58,877 nt of DNA from Hyphomicrobiaceae bacterium. GTDB lineage: Bacteria; Pseudomonadota; Alphaproteobacteria; Rhizobiales; Hyphomicrobiaceae. The notes under the pieces are model-generated. The model ran no database searches and was not told the DNA's origin. It saw only the letters and a list, made by a program, of their open reading frames with translations. The translations under genes were made by a program, and so were the position numbers. This document shows, piece after piece, positions 20,000 to 31,556 of the stretch (positions are counted from its first letter, which is position 1; the number at the start of each line of letters is the position of its first letter). The stretch lies in assembly GCA_021775735.1 (NCBI GenBank), contig JAJFHG010000022.1:1-58877 (forward strand), read 5' to 3'.

Positions 20000-21853
20000 T
20001 TGGACGCTGCTGATCTCGCAACCCAACATGCGCCACAAGCCGTAGTGTATCACGATGCCTTAGTGGTCTTGGTTACAGCAGCCTTGATCGTGCCCCTGTT
20101 GCAGCGCTTGAACATCAACACGATCCTAGGCTTTTTGCTGGCGGGTGCTGTGCTTGGTCCCAAAGGTCTTGGCGGCTTTACGGCTGAAGCGCCGTGGCTC
20201 AACTGGATCACGGTCAGCAATGACGAAGGTCTTGGTCTGCTTGGTGAACTTGGCGTCGTGTTCCTTTTGTTTCTGGTCGGACTTGAGCTGTCCTTCAAGC
20301 GCTTGGTCACGATGCGCCGTTTGGTGTTTGGTCTTGGTGGACTACAAGTTCTTATATCAGCGACCATCATCGGCGCCGTTTTGCTGGTGTTGAAATTTGA
20401 TGCCGCGTCTGCGGTCATTATCGCGTTAAGTTTGGCACTGTCCTCGACTGCAATAGTCGTTGAGATTTTGTCCGGTCAGCAGCGTTTGGCAACAACCTCC
20501 GGCCGTGCGACGTTCTCGGTATTACTTTTACAAGATTTGGCCGTGGTGCCGTTGTTGCTGCTGGTTACGATTCTGGCGCCGGCGCAGGGAAATGCGTCGG
20601 CCATGAGCGCGATGTTTCAAACCTTTGGCCAGGCGACCGTAGCCATCGGTTTGATTGTTTCAATTGGCTCGCTTGTTTTGCGTCCGCTGTTTCGCCTGGT
20701 TGCTTCGAGCGACAATGCAGAATTGTTTATTGCAGCAACTCTGCTTGTCGCGGTCGGTAGCGGACTTGCAACCGCTGCAGCGGGTCTATCGATGGCCCTT
20801 GGCGCCTTCATTGCCGGATTGTTGCTTGCTGAAACAGAATTTCGCCGGGCCATTGAAGCGACCGTTGATCCCTTCAAGGGCTTGCTTTTGGGCGTATTCT
20901 TCTTCGTCGTTGGCATGAGCCTTGATTTTGGCAAGCTGATTGACGATCCAGTGACCATTCTCGGTGCAGTCCTCGGCATTATTGTTTTGAAGACGGTCGT
21001 TGTTGCAGGGTTGATGCGCGTTGCAGGGTTCTCCTGGCGACACGTAACCGAATCGTCACTGCTGTTGGGTCCGTGCGGTGAATTTGCTTTCATCGTTGCA
21101 TCCTTGGCAATTTTTTACGGCGTGCTGTCGCCGGAAGTTGGCGCTAACGTCAAAGTTATTGCAGCCTTCTCCATGGCGCTCATTCCAGTTCTGGACAGTG
21201 TCGCTCGTTTGCTGTCCGGGCGTTTGTCGCGGGAGGCGTACAAACAAATGGCGATAGCAGACCTGCCAGAAGCAGCGACCCAGCCACGTGCAATTGTTAT
21301 TGGGTATGGCCGGGTCGGGTCCCTCGTCTCTGAAATGCTCAACGCACATCAGGTCTCTCACGTTGTTACAGAATACGACGCTGATATCGTTTTGCGCGCG
21401 CGGACCCGCGGTGAACCGGTTTATTATGGAGATGCCAAATCGATGGCGCTGCTAGGGCGTCTTGGTATTGCACACGCAGATGCTGTTATCATTACACTTC
21501 AGACCCCCTCCGAGATTGATCACGTCGTGGCAACTGTGCGTGAAAAACAACCGGATATCGTGATCATTGCGCGCGCGCGCGACGCTGAACACGCACGTCA
21601 TCTCTATCAGTTGGGTGTCAGCGATGCGGTGCCGGAAACGATTGAGGCAAGTTTACAACTTTCCGAAGCAGCCCTTGTCGGGCTTGATGTGCCAACAGGG
21701 CCTGTCATCGCATCTATTCACGACAAACGCGATCAGTATCGTGAGGCCCTTCAAGGCGCGGCGGGTGCCATGGGGCGCAGCAGTCGCGCCATACGTGCAA
21801 AACTTCAGAAACCGTCTTCGGATGACGAGGTGAGCGCGGGCACAGAGAAATAA
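20000..21853 (+). CDS. kefB: CPA2-family K+/H+ antiporter with a C-terminal RCK/TrkA-N domain (KefB/KefC-like)
   Basis: About 12 transmembrane helices of the Na_H exchanger family are followed by the Rossmann motif IVIGYGRVGS. Confidence 0.8.
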   Translation: MDAADLATQHAPQAVVYHDALVVLVTAALIVPLLQRLNINTILGFLLAGAVLGPKGLGGFTAEAPWLNWITVSNDEGLGLLGELGVVFLLFLVGLELSFKRLVTMRRLVFGLGGLQVLISATIIGAVLLVLKFDAASAVIIALSLALSSTAIVVEILSGQQRLATTSGRATFSVLLLQDLAVVPLLLLVTILAPAQGNASAMSAMFQTFGQATVAIGLIVSIGSLVLRPLFRLVASSDNAELFIAATLLVAVGSGLATAAAGLSMALGAFIAGLLLAETEFRRAIEATVDPFKGLLLGVFFFVVGMSLDFGKLIDDPVTILGAVLGIIVLKTVVVAGLMRVAGFSWRHVTESSLLLGPCGEFAFIVASLAIFYGVLSPEVGANVKVIAAFSMALIPVLDSVARLLSGRLSREAYKQMAIADLPEAATQPRAIVIGYGRVGSLVSEMLNAHQVSHVVTEYDADIVLRARTRGEPVYYGDAKSMALLGRLGIAHADAVIITLQTPSEIDHVVATVREKQPDIVIIARARDAEHARHLYQLGVSDAVPETIEASLQLSEAALVGLDVPTGPVIASIHDKRDQYREALQGAAGAMGRSSRAIRAKLQKPSSDDEVSAGTEK

Positions 21854-21933
21854 GCGCGATAGACCAAGGCTTTCCGCTTACACGAGGTGCAGGATGATGT
21901 GCGTGCATGCGAGGGAGCCGCTGAGGGCTCACA

Positions 21934-21979
21934 AAAAACGCACTCATGGTTTGCAGACCCAAAACAAAGTGCGTTTTTT
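21934..21979. terminator. Putative bidirectional terminator between the convergent kef and icd genes
   Basis: AAAAAACGCACT...AGTGCGTTTTTT forms an inverted repeat with a long loop, flanked by an A-run on one side and a T-run on the other. Confidence 0.45.
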
Positions 21980-22044
21980 ATTCATTCAGGCCATGCGAGA
22001 GGCAATGGCCAATGCAAAGGGCCACTGCATAGGGTGCTGTGTGT

Positions 22045-23265
22045 TTAGCCTGAAGGTGACATGGCCTCTTTCAGGTTTTCATCAATCTTATCGAGGAAGC
22101 CTGTTGTTGAGAGCCACTTCTGTTCCGGGCCGATAAGCAAGGCAAGGTCCTTGGTCATGGAACCAGATTCAACCGTGTCGATGCAGACTTGCTCAAGCGT
22201 GTTGGCAAATTTGGCGAGGTCTGCATTGTCGTCAAGCTTGGCGCGATGGGCAAGGCCACGCGTCCAGGCAAAGATTGATGCGATCGAGTTGGTTGAGGTT
22301 TCGTTGCCTTTTTGATGTTCACGGTAGTGGCGTGTGACAGTGCCGTGAGCTGCTTCTGCTTCGACGGTTTTGCCATCTGGTGTCATCAAAACACTGGTCA
22401 TCAAGCCAAGTGAGCCAAAGCCTTGCGCAACGGTGTCAGATTGCACATCACCATCATAGTTTTTGCAGGCCCAGATATAACCACCAGACCACTTCATTGC
22501 GGCGGCGACCATGTCGTCAATCAGGCGGTGTTCATAAACAAGGCCACGCTTGTCAAACTCTGCCTTGAATTCTGAATCAAAGATCTCCTGGAAGATGTCC
22601 TTAAAGCGTCCATCGTAGGCTTTAAGGATCGTATTCTTCGTCGACAGGTAGACAGGCAAGTTACGGGTCAAGCCGTAGTTGAACGAGGCGCGCGCAAAGT
22701 CACCAATGGAGTCATCAAGATTATACATTGCCATTGCAATGCCCGAGCCAGGCGCCTGAAAGACTTCTTTCTCAATTTCGGCGCCGTCTTCACCAACAAA
22801 TTTGATGGTAAGCGTACCTGCGCCTGGAAATTTAAAGTCGGTCGCGCGGTACTGGTCGCCGAATGCGTGACGGCCGACGATGATCGGTTGCGTCCAGCCC
22901 GGCACAAGTCGTGGCACATTGCTCATGATAATCGGCTCGCGAAAAATAACACCGCCCAATATATTTCGAATGGTGCCATTGGGGCTGCGCCACATTTTTT
23001 TAAGATTGAACTCTTCTACGCGTGCTTCATCTGGTGTGATGGTTGCGCATTTGATGCCAACGCCATGCTTTTTGATAGCTTCTGCCGCATCAATAGTTAC
23101 TTGGTCATCGGTCTTGTCACGATACTCAACGCTGAGGTCATAGTACTCAATTGGCAAGTCAAGGTATGGGTGGATCAACTTGTCTTTGATGAACGTCCAG
23201 ATAATCCGTGTCATTTCATCGCCGTCGAGTTCGACGACGGATCCAGAAACCTTGATTTTTGTCAT
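22045..23265 (-). CDS. icd: NADP-dependent isocitrate dehydrogenase (eukaryote-like, ~405 aa type)
   Basis: The N-terminal region [23 protein letters not shown]...[19 protein letters not shown] matches IDH1/2-type enzymes. Confidence 0.9.
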   Translation of the reverse strand: MTKIKVSGSVVELDGDEMTRIIWTFIKDKLIHPYLDLPIEYYDLSVEYRDKTDDQVTIDAAEAIKKHGVGIKCATITPDEARVEEFNLKKMWRSPNGTIRNILGGVIFREPIIMSNVPRLVPGWTQPIIVGRHAFGDQYRATDFKFPGAGTLTIKFVGEDGAEIEKEVFQAPGSGIAMAMYNLDDSIGDFARASFNYGLTRNLPVYLSTKNTILKAYDGRFKDIFQEIFDSEFKAEFDKRGLVYEHRLIDDMVAAAMKWSGGYIWACKNYDGDVQSDTVAQGFGSLGLMTSVLMTPDGKTVEAEAAHGTVTRHYREHQKGNETSTNSIASIFAWTRGLAHRAKLDDNADLAKFANTLEQVCIDTVESGSMTKDLALLIGPEQKWLSTTGFLDKIDENLKEAMSPSG

Positions 23266-23492
23266 AGTGGGATGCCTCGGTCTTGCCAGTCATGACTTTT
23301 GAGAAGTCAGGTGGTTCCAATATTTGGCTCAGCCAACCAAATTCGGCCGGACCATAGACGCTTGCTTAGCGCCCGCCAAGGCTCCAATGGCCGCTCTCCC
23401 TTGTGCTTTCGGTCGCGGCATGAGTTGACCAAGACACGTTGCGTCGTTAACACGCTCGCGCTAGGCCAGGAGCCTTATGAAGGCGGCCCGTA

Positions 23493-24797
23493 GTGAGTGG
23501 CCGCAGCTGGCGAAGCGTCGCAAGTGTGACTGAAAACGGGTACAAGGTGAAAATTGAACTCCGAGAGCACGATGGGTGGTTGGAGCCCGTTCTTTCTGGT
23601 GACCCAAGCGTTACCATCGCTGATCTGGTTTATACCTGTCACGAGCAAACCATTGATCGAGCACTTGCAAAATTTGATGTGCCTGGATTGGATCGCGAAA
23701 GCCTTGATTCAATTTTGACCTACTGTGCTGAACAACAATGTACACAAGACGATGCAACATGTGGCGGTTGTAACCGGCGCAGTCAGCACCTTGGCCACCA
23801 AACTTTGGAAGACTTCATTGCAGCTCATAAGGAGATTGTGATTGGTGACGGAACGATCAAGCTGCGAGGCTCCGGCACTGAGACGTTAACGATCGCCAGT
23901 CTCGACCGTCTTGAAAAGGTGTGGTCGGGTGAGACGTATTGGTATTGGGCTCGACGAATTTTGCGTAAGCTGCGCCATGGTGTGCGCTGTGCAGGTGTTG
24001 CAGGCAAGGCATTTGCAGGTGAGGGTGCCGCGCCAGTTATTTTGCTGAAAGATCCGCAGCTTGCTGATAATATCGGTATGGTCGCGCGTGCGATGGGTAA
24101 TTTTGGTCTTGATGGCCTCCGTCTTGTTGCGCCACGCGATGGGTGGCCGAACGACAAAGCGCGCATAGCAGCGTCTGGTGCTAACTACATTATAGACCAC
24201 GCCCAAAGTTATGACACGCTTGAACCTGCGATTGCGGACCTGAATTGGGTCGCGGCCACAACTGCGCGTCAGCGTGACTTGCGCAAGCCGGTGATGACCC
24301 CAGCCCAGGCCATCGTTGAAATGCGCCGAAGGATAGCAGCAGGTGAACGGTGTGGTGTGTTGTTTGGGCGCGAGAGCAGCGGTCTTGAAAATAGCGATGT
24401 AGCTCATGCCGATGCGGTGATCATGATCCCGGTTAACGCACGCTTTGCCTCCCTCAATCTGGCCCAAGCAACACTGATTTTGGGCTATGAATGGCTGAAG
24501 GATCAGCAGGCCGCGACACTTGGTCGGGTGACGGAAAAGGAACGCGCCCTAGAAACCGGCCTTTATATGGGCCACGATCGAGCCGCGACCAAAGAGCAAA
24601 TGGTCCAGTTTTTTGAGCATATCGAGGCAGAATTGGACCGTGCAGGCTTCTTTACGCCGCCAGAAAAGCGCCCGAAAATTGTGACCAGTCTGCGTACGAT
24701 GTTCACGCGACTTGCGGCGACCGATCATGAGGTGCGGACTCTGCGTGGCATTGTTGCCACTCTCGCCCGCGGCAAAGGCAAGGGCCGTAAGGCTTAG
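23493..24797 (+). CDS. SpoU/TrmH-family RNA 2'-O-methyltransferase (TrmJ-like) with an unusual ~180-aa N-terminal extension
   Basis: From about residue 180 the protein is a SpoU methyltransferase domain (VILLKDPQLADNIGMVARAMGNFG...LFGRESSGL...NLAQA). Residues ~30-82 resemble DUF433 (TIADLVYTCHEQTIDRALAKFDVPGLDRESLDSILTYCAEQ). A Cys-rich stretch (CGGCNRR) follows. Confidence 0.7.
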   Translation: MSGRSWRSVASVTENGYKVKIELREHDGWLEPVLSGDPSVTIADLVYTCHEQTIDRALAKFDVPGLDRESLDSILTYCAEQQCTQDDATCGGCNRRSQHLGHQTLEDFIAAHKEIVIGDGTIKLRGSGTETLTIASLDRLEKVWSGETYWYWARRILRKLRHGVRCAGVAGKAFAGEGAAPVILLKDPQLADNIGMVARAMGNFGLDGLRLVAPRDGWPNDKARIAASGANYIIDHAQSYDTLEPAIADLNWVAATTARQRDLRKPVMTPAQAIVEMRRRIAAGERCGVLFGRESSGLENSDVAHADAVIMIPVNARFASLNLAQATLILGYEWLKDQQAATLGRVTEKERALETGLYMGHDRAATKEQMVQFFEHIEAELDRAGFFTPPEKRPKIVTSLRTMFTRLAATDHEVRTLRGIVATLARGKGKGRKA

Positions 24798-24993
24798 TGC
24801 TTACGCCTTGTTGTGGTCACCTTTTTTGTCGAGCCATGCCGGGTTGACCAAAAAGCGGGCATCGGCAAGGTTAGGCGGGCGAGATAACGGTACGTGCGTG
24901 CCAGATTTTTGGCGACGCATAATGATTAACGCTGGGCCTTTTAGGCTCAATGAACAAAGCTGACCTTAGGGTCATGGGCCGCGAGAGCCAAGT

Positions 24994-25686
24994 GTGAAAC
25001 CAAAAAAGAGATCCTTCGAAATGACAGGGGTAAGGGAAACAATGTGGTCGGTTTTTAGAGCGGGGTTCACATTGGTGGCCGTTATGACGGTTGTCGGCTT
25101 GAGCACCAGTGTGCCAGCGCGCGCGCAAATCAGCGATCAGTCCGTGAATTGGTACATACAGTTTGTTTGGAATAACCTGGGTGCTCAGTTTTCCGACCGC
25201 GATGGAACGGTGGTTCGGATCGACAAGACCAAAAAGGATGAAGTGATCGTACCTGTTGACGTTGCGCGTGGGGTGATTGTTGGTGGCTGGCGTGGTGCGC
25301 GCACCCGGATCTGCGATTTACCCGATGAATTTGCGGCAAACTTTGATTTGACGCGCGCCAATGCAAACTCCCAAGGCAAATGGTCCGCACAACAGCGACA
25401 CTTTATGAAAGCGCTATTTCAACGCGTTGTGCAGCTCAATTCCGGCAAGACCAAAGTGGTTGTCAGTGAAGACGGCAAGGTGGTGAAGGAAGAAGTTATC
25501 AAATCCAAAGTTATCAAAGAGTGCACGGATGAAGAGCGTGAGAGTCTGCGCAAAGAAGTTAAAGCCATGGTGACCAAGGCGAATGCCGCCAAACCAAAAG
25601 GCAAGGCAGCCGTTGCTGGCTCCAAGCCGGCAGCGCCAAAGCCTGCTGAGTCCAAAGGGACGGAAACAGCCGCACCAGCCAACTAG
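24994..25686 (+). CDS. Hypothetical secreted protein with a Lys-rich C-terminus
   Basis: There is a signal peptide (FTLVAVMTVVGLSTSVPARA) and no recognisable domain. The start codon is uncertain. Confidence 0.4.
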   Translation: MKPKKRSFEMTGVRETMWSVFRAGFTLVAVMTVVGLSTSVPARAQISDQSVNWYIQFVWNNLGAQFSDRDGTVVRIDKTKKDEVIVPVDVARGVIVGGWRGARTRICDLPDEFAANFDLTRANANSQGKWSAQQRHFMKALFQRVVQLNSGKTKVVVSEDGKVVKEEVIKSKVIKECTDEERESLRKEVKAMVTKANAAKPKGKAAVAGSKPAAPKPAESKGTETAAPAN

Positions 25687-26078
25687 TTTACGATTTACCT
25701 TGACCAGGATCAGCCTGATCTGCGGATAAGTGCCAGGTCTCAACGCAAGGGGCCTTGGTGGCTTAGCGTGTCCGTCAGAGTGCTCTGGATCTGTCCACAG
25801 GCTCTAGAAGCGTGATCGCGCGGCTCATCATGGGGCTGAATGGACGCATTTTGGTGCCGCCCCATTGACGTCCTGATTGAGTTTCGTTAGGTGATCCCAA
25901 GCGTGCGGGCCTTATGGTCCGCATGTTTTTTGCGCCACCCGTGCCCGGACACATTTCAAGGTCCAGGCTGTCAGCTCAAAAATGGCCCTCAAGGCTATCT
26001 GAGCAGAGGAGGGGGCGCTCCAATCATCGCTTGCGCTGGAGGCAGTGTGGGCGTTGCAACTTTATGGAGTGCTAACCA

Positions 26079-26696
26079 ATGACCAAGCGCATTCGCGCCA
26101 AACACAAGATTGACCGTCGCCTCGGTGAGAACATTTGGGGCCGCCCCAGAAGTCCGGTCAACAAACGTGAGAAACGCCCTGGCCAACACGGCGACCGCCG
26201 CATTTCGAAACTATCGGATTTTGGCCAGCAGCTCAAAGCCAAGCAGAAACTTAAAGGCTACTACGGAAACATTTCCGAGCGCCAGTTCCTGCGTCTTTAC
26301 AAAGAAGCCTCACGCCTGAAAGGCTCAACGTCTGAGCACATCATCGGTCTGCTTGAACGCCGCCTTGATGCGGTTGTCTATCGCGCCAAGTTTGTGCCAA
26401 CGGTTTTTGCAGCCCGTCAGCTCGTCAGCCACGGACATGTCACCGTAAATGGTCGCAAAGTAACGATTGCGTCTTATCGCGTGCGTCCGGATGACGTGAT
26501 TGAAGTGAAAGAAAAATCGCGTCAGATTCCGATGGTCATGGAAGCCATAAACTCTCCTGAGCGCGACGTGCCAGAATACCTCGACGTTGATCACGCCAAG
26601 ATGGTTGCCAAGTACATCCGCGTGCCCGTTTTGGCTGATGTGCCGTATCCTGTGCACATGGAACCAAACCTGGTGGTGGAATTCTACTCGCGCTAG
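26079..26696 (+). CDS. rpsD: 30S ribosomal protein S4
   Basis: The product begins [23 protein letters not shown]... and includes the S4 domain. Confidence 0.95.
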   Translation: MTKRIRAKHKIDRRLGENIWGRPRSPVNKREKRPGQHGDRRISKLSDFGQQLKAKQKLKGYYGNISERQFLRLYKEASRLKGSTSEHIIGLLERRLDAVVYRAKFVPTVFAARQLVSHGHVTVNGRKVTIASYRVRPDDVIEVKEKSRQIPMVMEAINSPERDVPEYLDVDHAKMVAKYIRVPVLADVPYPVHMEPNLVVEFYSR

Positions 26697-26736
26697 ACGC
26701 GCACCAGACATTGCAAACACACAAGCGGGTCGGCCT

Positions 26737-27804
26737 TTATGGTCGGCCCGCTTGTTTTTGGTTTGATTGAGTTTGGGCTGCTGCCGTCACTGCAGCACCT
26801 TGGCCAGCCTCCGGTGCCCGTGACCTTGGCGGAACAGAGTTGGCCCAGCCATACGCCAACATCGTGATCAAAGCTGAAGCTGCAAAGAAATAGACGCCTG
26901 GCAGGACTGAGGCTTCTGTGTAGCCGCTGGAGTTGACGTAGAAGATCATCAACGCCAGGACCATCACATCGGTCATGGAATAGCGCCCCAGCCATTCCAT
27001 CGTTGTGATCGACTTTTTGCGAAACTCCGCGGGAATATCAGGACTAGTAACCAGGGTTAGCAGGTAGAACAGCTTCAAAAACGGAAACAATATCGAGAAC
27101 AGGAATAAAACGGTCGTCAGAAAGTACTCCTGGTTTTGGTAGAGAGCATAAATGATGGTGGCGATGGAGTGCTCGTTGGTCCACACATAAACGGTGGTGA
27201 ATCGAATAACAGGCAGAATGATGCCAAGCGCGAAGAATACCGTTGCCAAAATAATCAGAAACGACAGCACAAAATTGCGAAAAGCTGAGAGTGGCTTTGT
27301 GAGCGCTGGCTCTGCCACGGCCGTAGGCGATGCCGCCAATCCTTCCGTCCGCAGCCACGCATACGAGATAATCATCAATAATACGGCGGCAGTGAAGTAA
27401 TAGACGCCATTTAAACTTGCAGCATCATAGACGCCCTGGCTTTTGATGAAAAAGATTGTAAGCGCCAATACCAGTACGTCATGCATCGACCATTTTCCAA
27501 GCCATTCGAGCGCTCTCAGGCGCTTGTATTGGCGGGTCAGTTCACTGGTCGGAAGTGTTGAGACGAGAAGCAGGTAGAGGAGCTTCATGATCGGCAGCAC
27601 GATTGAAAAAATCAAAACGGTCAGGCCTAAAAAAACCTGACCGTCTCTGATCAATACATGAACCGTTGATATGAGCGAGTGCTCTGTGGACCAAAATACG
27701 TACTTGGTGAGCTTTATGATCGGCAACGATATGCCAAGCGCGAGGCAAACGGCGGCCGCGATAATCGCAAAACTGAGTAGGAAACGCCGGCCACCAAGCC
27801 GCAT
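26737..27804 (-). CDS. PqiA-family integral membrane protein with tandem PqiA domains
   Basis: Two internally repeated halves are present (LPIIKLTKYVFWSTEHS...IVLPIMKLLYLLLV and LPVIRFTTVYVWTNEHS...ILFPFLKLFYLLTLV). No pqiB/MCE partner is adjacent. Confidence 0.55.
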   Translation of the reverse strand: MRLGGRRFLLSFAIIAAAVCLALGISLPIIKLTKYVFWSTEHSLISTVHVLIRDGQVFLGLTVLIFSIVLPIMKLLYLLLVSTLPTSELTRQYKRLRALEWLGKWSMHDVLVLALTIFFIKSQGVYDAASLNGVYYFTAAVLLMIISYAWLRTEGLAASPTAVAEPALTKPLSAFRNFVLSFLIILATVFFALGIILPVIRFTTVYVWTNEHSIATIIYALYQNQEYFLTTVLFLFSILFPFLKLFYLLTLVTSPDIPAEFRKKSITTMEWLGRYSMTDVMVLALMIFYVNSSGYTEASVLPGVYFFAASALITMLAYGWANSVPPRSRAPEAGQGAAVTAAAQTQSNQKQAGRP

Positions 27805-27815
27805 GGGCCCGGACC

Positions 27816-28157
27816 TTAGCTTTGGGCTGTCGCCGCGATGCCCTTATCTTGGAAAAGCTTTTGTAATTCGCCTTCCTGGAACATTTCACGGATGATGTCA
27901 CAGCCACCGACAAACTCTCCCTTGACGTAGAGTTGGGGAATGGTTGGCCAATTGGTGAATACCTTGATGCCTTCGCGCAGCGTGTCGTCTTCTAATACAT
28001 TGACGTCCTTGTATGGCACTGCGACGTGATCGAGGATCTGTGCAACCTGCGCTGAGAATCCGCACTGTGGGAACTTTGCGTTACCCTTCATAAACAGCAC
28101 GACATCGTTTTCTGTGATGGTCTGACGGATGGTATCGTTAATGGCATCCTGGCTCAT
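27816..28157 (-). CDS. grxD: Monothiol glutaredoxin Grx4 (CGFS type)
   Basis: The product has the active site KFPQCGFSAQ and the motif TIPQLYVKGEFVGGCD. The start was set at MSQD, with AAGGA 7 nt upstream. Confidence 0.85.
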   Translation of the reverse strand: MSQDAINDTIRQTITENDVVLFMKGNAKFPQCGFSAQVAQILDHVAVPYKDVNVLEDDTLREGIKVFTNWPTIPQLYVKGEFVGGCDIIREMFQEGELQKLFQDKGIAATAQS

Positions 28158-28295
28158 GGCGAGGTCCTTTCCTTTCAAATAGCGGCGCGTTTAGTGGTGC
28201 TCCGCCGTAAATCTCATAGTTGGTATGTGGCTGCCAGCGGGCAATTGTCAATTGCCAGGATCTTACGCGACGTCACATCAATGCTTTTCACAGCC

Positions 28296-28529
28296 CTATT
28301 TGGGCAAAGATGTCGTCAAAGCTAAGGCGTGCAGGACATCGCCCATGCGCCCACCAAGTGCGTCGTAGACCATCTGATGTTGCTGAACCCGGCTCTTGCC
28401 CTCAAATGCGCTGCTGGTAACCGTTGCCGCATAGTGATCCCCATCGCCAGCAAGATCTTGAATTTTGACCGTGGCATCAGGGAGTGCCTGCTTGATCATG
28501 CGTTCGATGTCGCCAGCTTCCATGGGCAT
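28296..28529 (-). CDS. bolA: BolA-family protein
   Basis: The 77-aa product contains the conserved ...HYAATVTSSAFEGKSRVQQHQMVYDAL motif. Pairing with the adjacent grxD gene is the conserved arrangement. Confidence 0.8.
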   Translation of the reverse strand: MPMEAGDIERMIKQALPDATVKIQDLAGDGDHYAATVTSSAFEGKSRVQQHQMVYDALGGRMGDVLHALALTTSLPK

Positions 28530-28579
28530 AAGAAGGTCTCTCCGTGGGGGTGTTTCAGTCGCGTCGGTGTTGGAACAGT

Positions 28580-30799
28580 TTACGGGTTGGCCATCAGCTC
28601 TGGCAACCAGCTCTCATGCACCTGGCGCAGTTCTGTCAATGGTACCGACCCTTCGTTGGTCAATGTCAGAGCATCATCGCCACTCATGCGCGCCACGAGG
28701 CGGGCGGGCAGGTCGAGTAGGCGTGACCGTTCCAAAATGCGTTCAGCGTCTTCGGCTTGAACTGAGATCACGTAGCGGCCTTGATCTTCGCCAAACCAAA
28801 TGGCGTGGGTAGGTTGGCGACCTTCATATGGAAATAGTTCAACACCTTTATCACCGGCAAGCGCCATCTCGGCGATGGCTACTAATAAGCCGCCATCGGA
28901 CACGTCGTGCACAGCAGACGTTACTTGTTCGCGGATCAGGCTGCGCACCAACCGGCCTGCCTTGAGTTCATCACCAAGATCAACCGGTGGCGGTGCACCC
29001 TCCAGCTTCTCAGCAAAAATGTCTTGATAGACGGTTTGACCCAGCCAACCGTTTTCTGCCCCGATGACGATTAACACATCACCGTCACGCTTGAGGGCAT
29101 GGTCGGACACGTATTTGGTGTCAGGGATGAGGCCAACGGCACCAATCGCTGGTGTCGGTGGAATGCCGATACCATTTGTTTCATTGTAGAGTGAGACATT
29201 GCCCGACACGACTGGAAATTCCAGTACGTGACAGGCTTCCGCTATGCCCTGACACGAGCCGACGAATTGACCCATGATCGGAGGACGTTCGGGGTTAGCA
29301 AAATTCATATTGTCGGTAATCGCCAACGGATCTGCACCAACAGCGGTCAGATTACGCCAGGTTTCGACCACCGCCTGCTTAGTCCCCATCGTTGGATCAG
29401 CGGTGACATAACGTGGCGTCACATCACAGGTCGCCGCGATGCCTTTGTCCGTGCCATGTACGCGGACAACGGCTGCGTCAGCTCCTGGGTGTACAATCGT
29501 GTCACCCATCACCATGTGATCATACTGCTCCCACACCCAACGCCGTGACGCTAAGTGGTGCGACGCAAGTAAGGTCTTCAGTCCACCCAAAACGCCGTTG
29601 TCTGGCGCCTTGACCCACTCAGGTAAAATGGGTTGCGGAGGAACGGTTGCCTCCCATGGACGCTCATACATTGGTGCGGAGTTGGCGAGCACGGTCACGG
29701 GCAAGTCGGCTTCGACGTTGCCTTTATGCGTGACGATCATGCGGCCGGTATCTGTCGTTTTGCCAATAACTGCAAAATCAAGGTCCCATTTTCGGAATAT
29801 CGTTTCCGCTTCGTGTTCGCTGCCAGGCTTTAGCACAATCAACATGCGTTCCTGGCTCTCTGACAGCATCATTTCATAGGCTGTCATGTTGGTTTCGCGT
29901 TGCGGAACTTTATCAAGATCCAATGCAATCCCGACCCCGCCTTTGTCAGCCATTTCAGCGGTTGATGAGGTAAGCCCGGCAGCGCCCATGTCTTGAATTG
30001 CGATGATGGCGTCAGAGGCCATTAACTCAAGGCACGCTTCGATCAAAAGTTTTTCGGTAAACGGGTCTCCGACTTGAACAGTGGGCCGTTTTTCATCTGA
30101 CTTATCGTCAAATTCTGCCGATGCCATCGTGGCACCATGAATGCCGTCACGCCCGGTCTTTGAGCCGACATAAACAACCGGGTGCCCAACGCCTTTGGCA
30201 GCTGAATAGAAAATCTTGTCAGTACGCGCCAGGCCAACGCACATGGCATTGACCAGAATGTTGTTGTTGTAGCCCGCGTCGAAGTTTACTTCGCCACCCA
30301 CAGTTGGCACACCGACGCAATTGCCATAGCCGCCAATGCCGGCAACGACACCTGAAACCAGATGCTTGGTTTTGGGATGATCGGGCGCACCAAAGCGCAA
30401 AGCATTGAGGTTTGCCACGGGGCGCGCGCCCATCGTGAACACATCGCGCATGATGCCACCAACACCTGTCGCCGCCCCTTGATAGGGCTCGATGTAACTT
30501 GGGTGGTTGTGACTTTCCATTTTGAAGACGCAGGCATAGCCATCGCCGAGGTCAACAATACCAGCATTCTCGCCGGGGCCTTGAATGACTTGGGGGCCGG
30601 TGGTTGGCAGTGTTTTCAGCCAAAACCTGGATGATTTGTACGAGCAGTGCTCGGACCACATGACCGAGAAAATACCCAGTTCGGTGAGGGAAGGTTCGCG
30701 CGCCAGAATTTCAAGCAGGGTTTTATATTCCTCGCCTGACAATCCATGCTCGGCAACGAGTTCGTCCGTGATCTTGAAGGGTGCGGTGTCGTTCATCAA
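28580..30799 (-). CDS. purL: Phosphoribosylformylglycinamidine synthase subunit PurL
   Basis: The 739-aa product has the tandem AIR-synthase-like domains of small PurL, including [19 protein letters not shown]. Confidence 0.95.
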   Translation of the reverse strand: MMNDTAPFKITDELVAEHGLSGEEYKTLLEILAREPSLTELGIFSVMWSEHCSYKSSRFWLKTLPTTGPQVIQGPGENAGIVDLGDGYACVFKMESHNHPSYIEPYQGAATGVGGIMRDVFTMGARPVANLNALRFGAPDHPKTKHLVSGVVAGIGGYGNCVGVPTVGGEVNFDAGYNNNILVNAMCVGLARTDKIFYSAAKGVGHPVVYVGSKTGRDGIHGATMASAEFDDKSDEKRPTVQVGDPFTEKLLIEACLELMASDAIIAIQDMGAAGLTSSTAEMADKGGVGIALDLDKVPQRETNMTAYEMMLSESQERMLIVLKPGSEHEAETIFRKWDLDFAVIGKTTDTGRMIVTHKGNVEADLPVTVLANSAPMYERPWEATVPPQPILPEWVKAPDNGVLGGLKTLLASHHLASRRWVWEQYDHMVMGDTIVHPGADAAVVRVHGTDKGIAATCDVTPRYVTADPTMGTKQAVVETWRNLTAVGADPLAITDNMNFANPERPPIMGQFVGSCQGIAEACHVLEFPVVSGNVSLYNETNGIGIPPTPAIGAVGLIPDTKYVSDHALKRDGDVLIVIGAENGWLGQTVYQDIFAEKLEGAPPPVDLGDELKAGRLVRSLIREQVTSAVHDVSDGGLLVAIAEMALAGDKGVELFPYEGRQPTHAIWFGEDQGRYVISVQAEDAERILERSRLLDLPARLVARMSGDDALTLTNEGSVPLTELRQVHESWLPELMANP

Positions 30800-30845
30800 A
30801 GTTGCTTTGGTTTCCTGAACAGCCCGGATTGGCTAAGTTGCTCTG

Positions 30846-31550
30846 CTATCCCATGGCCTCGGCCATACTCACCAGCGCGCTTTCAAACATGCGTCGCCCA
30901 TCCGTACCACCGAGAGGGAGTTCATAAAGACGTTCTGGATGCGGCATCAGCCCTACGATACGGTTTGAGGCATCTGTAATGCCTGCAATGTTGCGCTGGG
31001 AGCCATTTGGGTTTGCAGCCTTGTCGACGGTACCGTCACTGTGGGCATAGCGAAACACAACCCGGTCTTCGCCTTCAAGTTCATCCAGTGTGTTGGAGTC
31101 TGCAAAATAGTTGCCATCACCGTGAGCGACGGGAATGCGCACGACTTGGTCTTTGCGGTAACATTTTGTGAACGTCGTATCGGCGTTTTCGACGCGTAAG
31201 GTGACATCACGGCACATGAATTTAAGCGAAGCGTTGCGCATTAAGACGCCAGGCAGCAAACCGGTTTCGCAGAGCACTTGAAAGCCATTGCAAATGCCAA
31301 GAACTGCAACACCGCTTTTTGCCTTGGCAACAACATCACGCATGATTGGTGAGTGCGCAGCCATCGCGCCACACCGTAAGTAGTCGCCATAAGAAAACCC
31401 GCCGGGTAACACAATGACGTCGGATGCCGGCACTTCCGTATCGCCGTGCCAAACCATGTTGACAGGAAAGCCGGTGCTTTTTTCAAGCGCCACTTTCACG
31501 TCTCGGTCGCAGTTGGACCCCGGAAAAACGATGACAGATGCGCGTAGCAT
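30846..31550 (-). CDS. purQ: Phosphoribosylformylglycinamidine synthase subunit PurQ (glutaminase)
   Basis: The N-terminus [17 protein letters not shown]... matches PurQ, and the protein has class I glutamine amidotransferase (GATase1) features including the active-site Cys (LGICNGFQ). Confidence 0.95.
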   Translation of the reverse strand: MLRASVIVFPGSNCDRDVKVALEKSTGFPVNMVWHGDTEVPASDVIVLPGGFSYGDYLRCGAMAAHSPIMRDVVAKAKSGVAVLGICNGFQVLCETGLLPGVLMRNASLKFMCRDVTLRVENADTTFTKCYRKDQVVRIPVAHGDGNYFADSNTLDELEGEDRVVFRYAHSDGTVDKAANPNGSQRNIAGITDASNRIVGLMPHPERLYELPLGGTDGRRMFESALVSMAEAMG

Positions 31551-31556
31551 TGGGTG

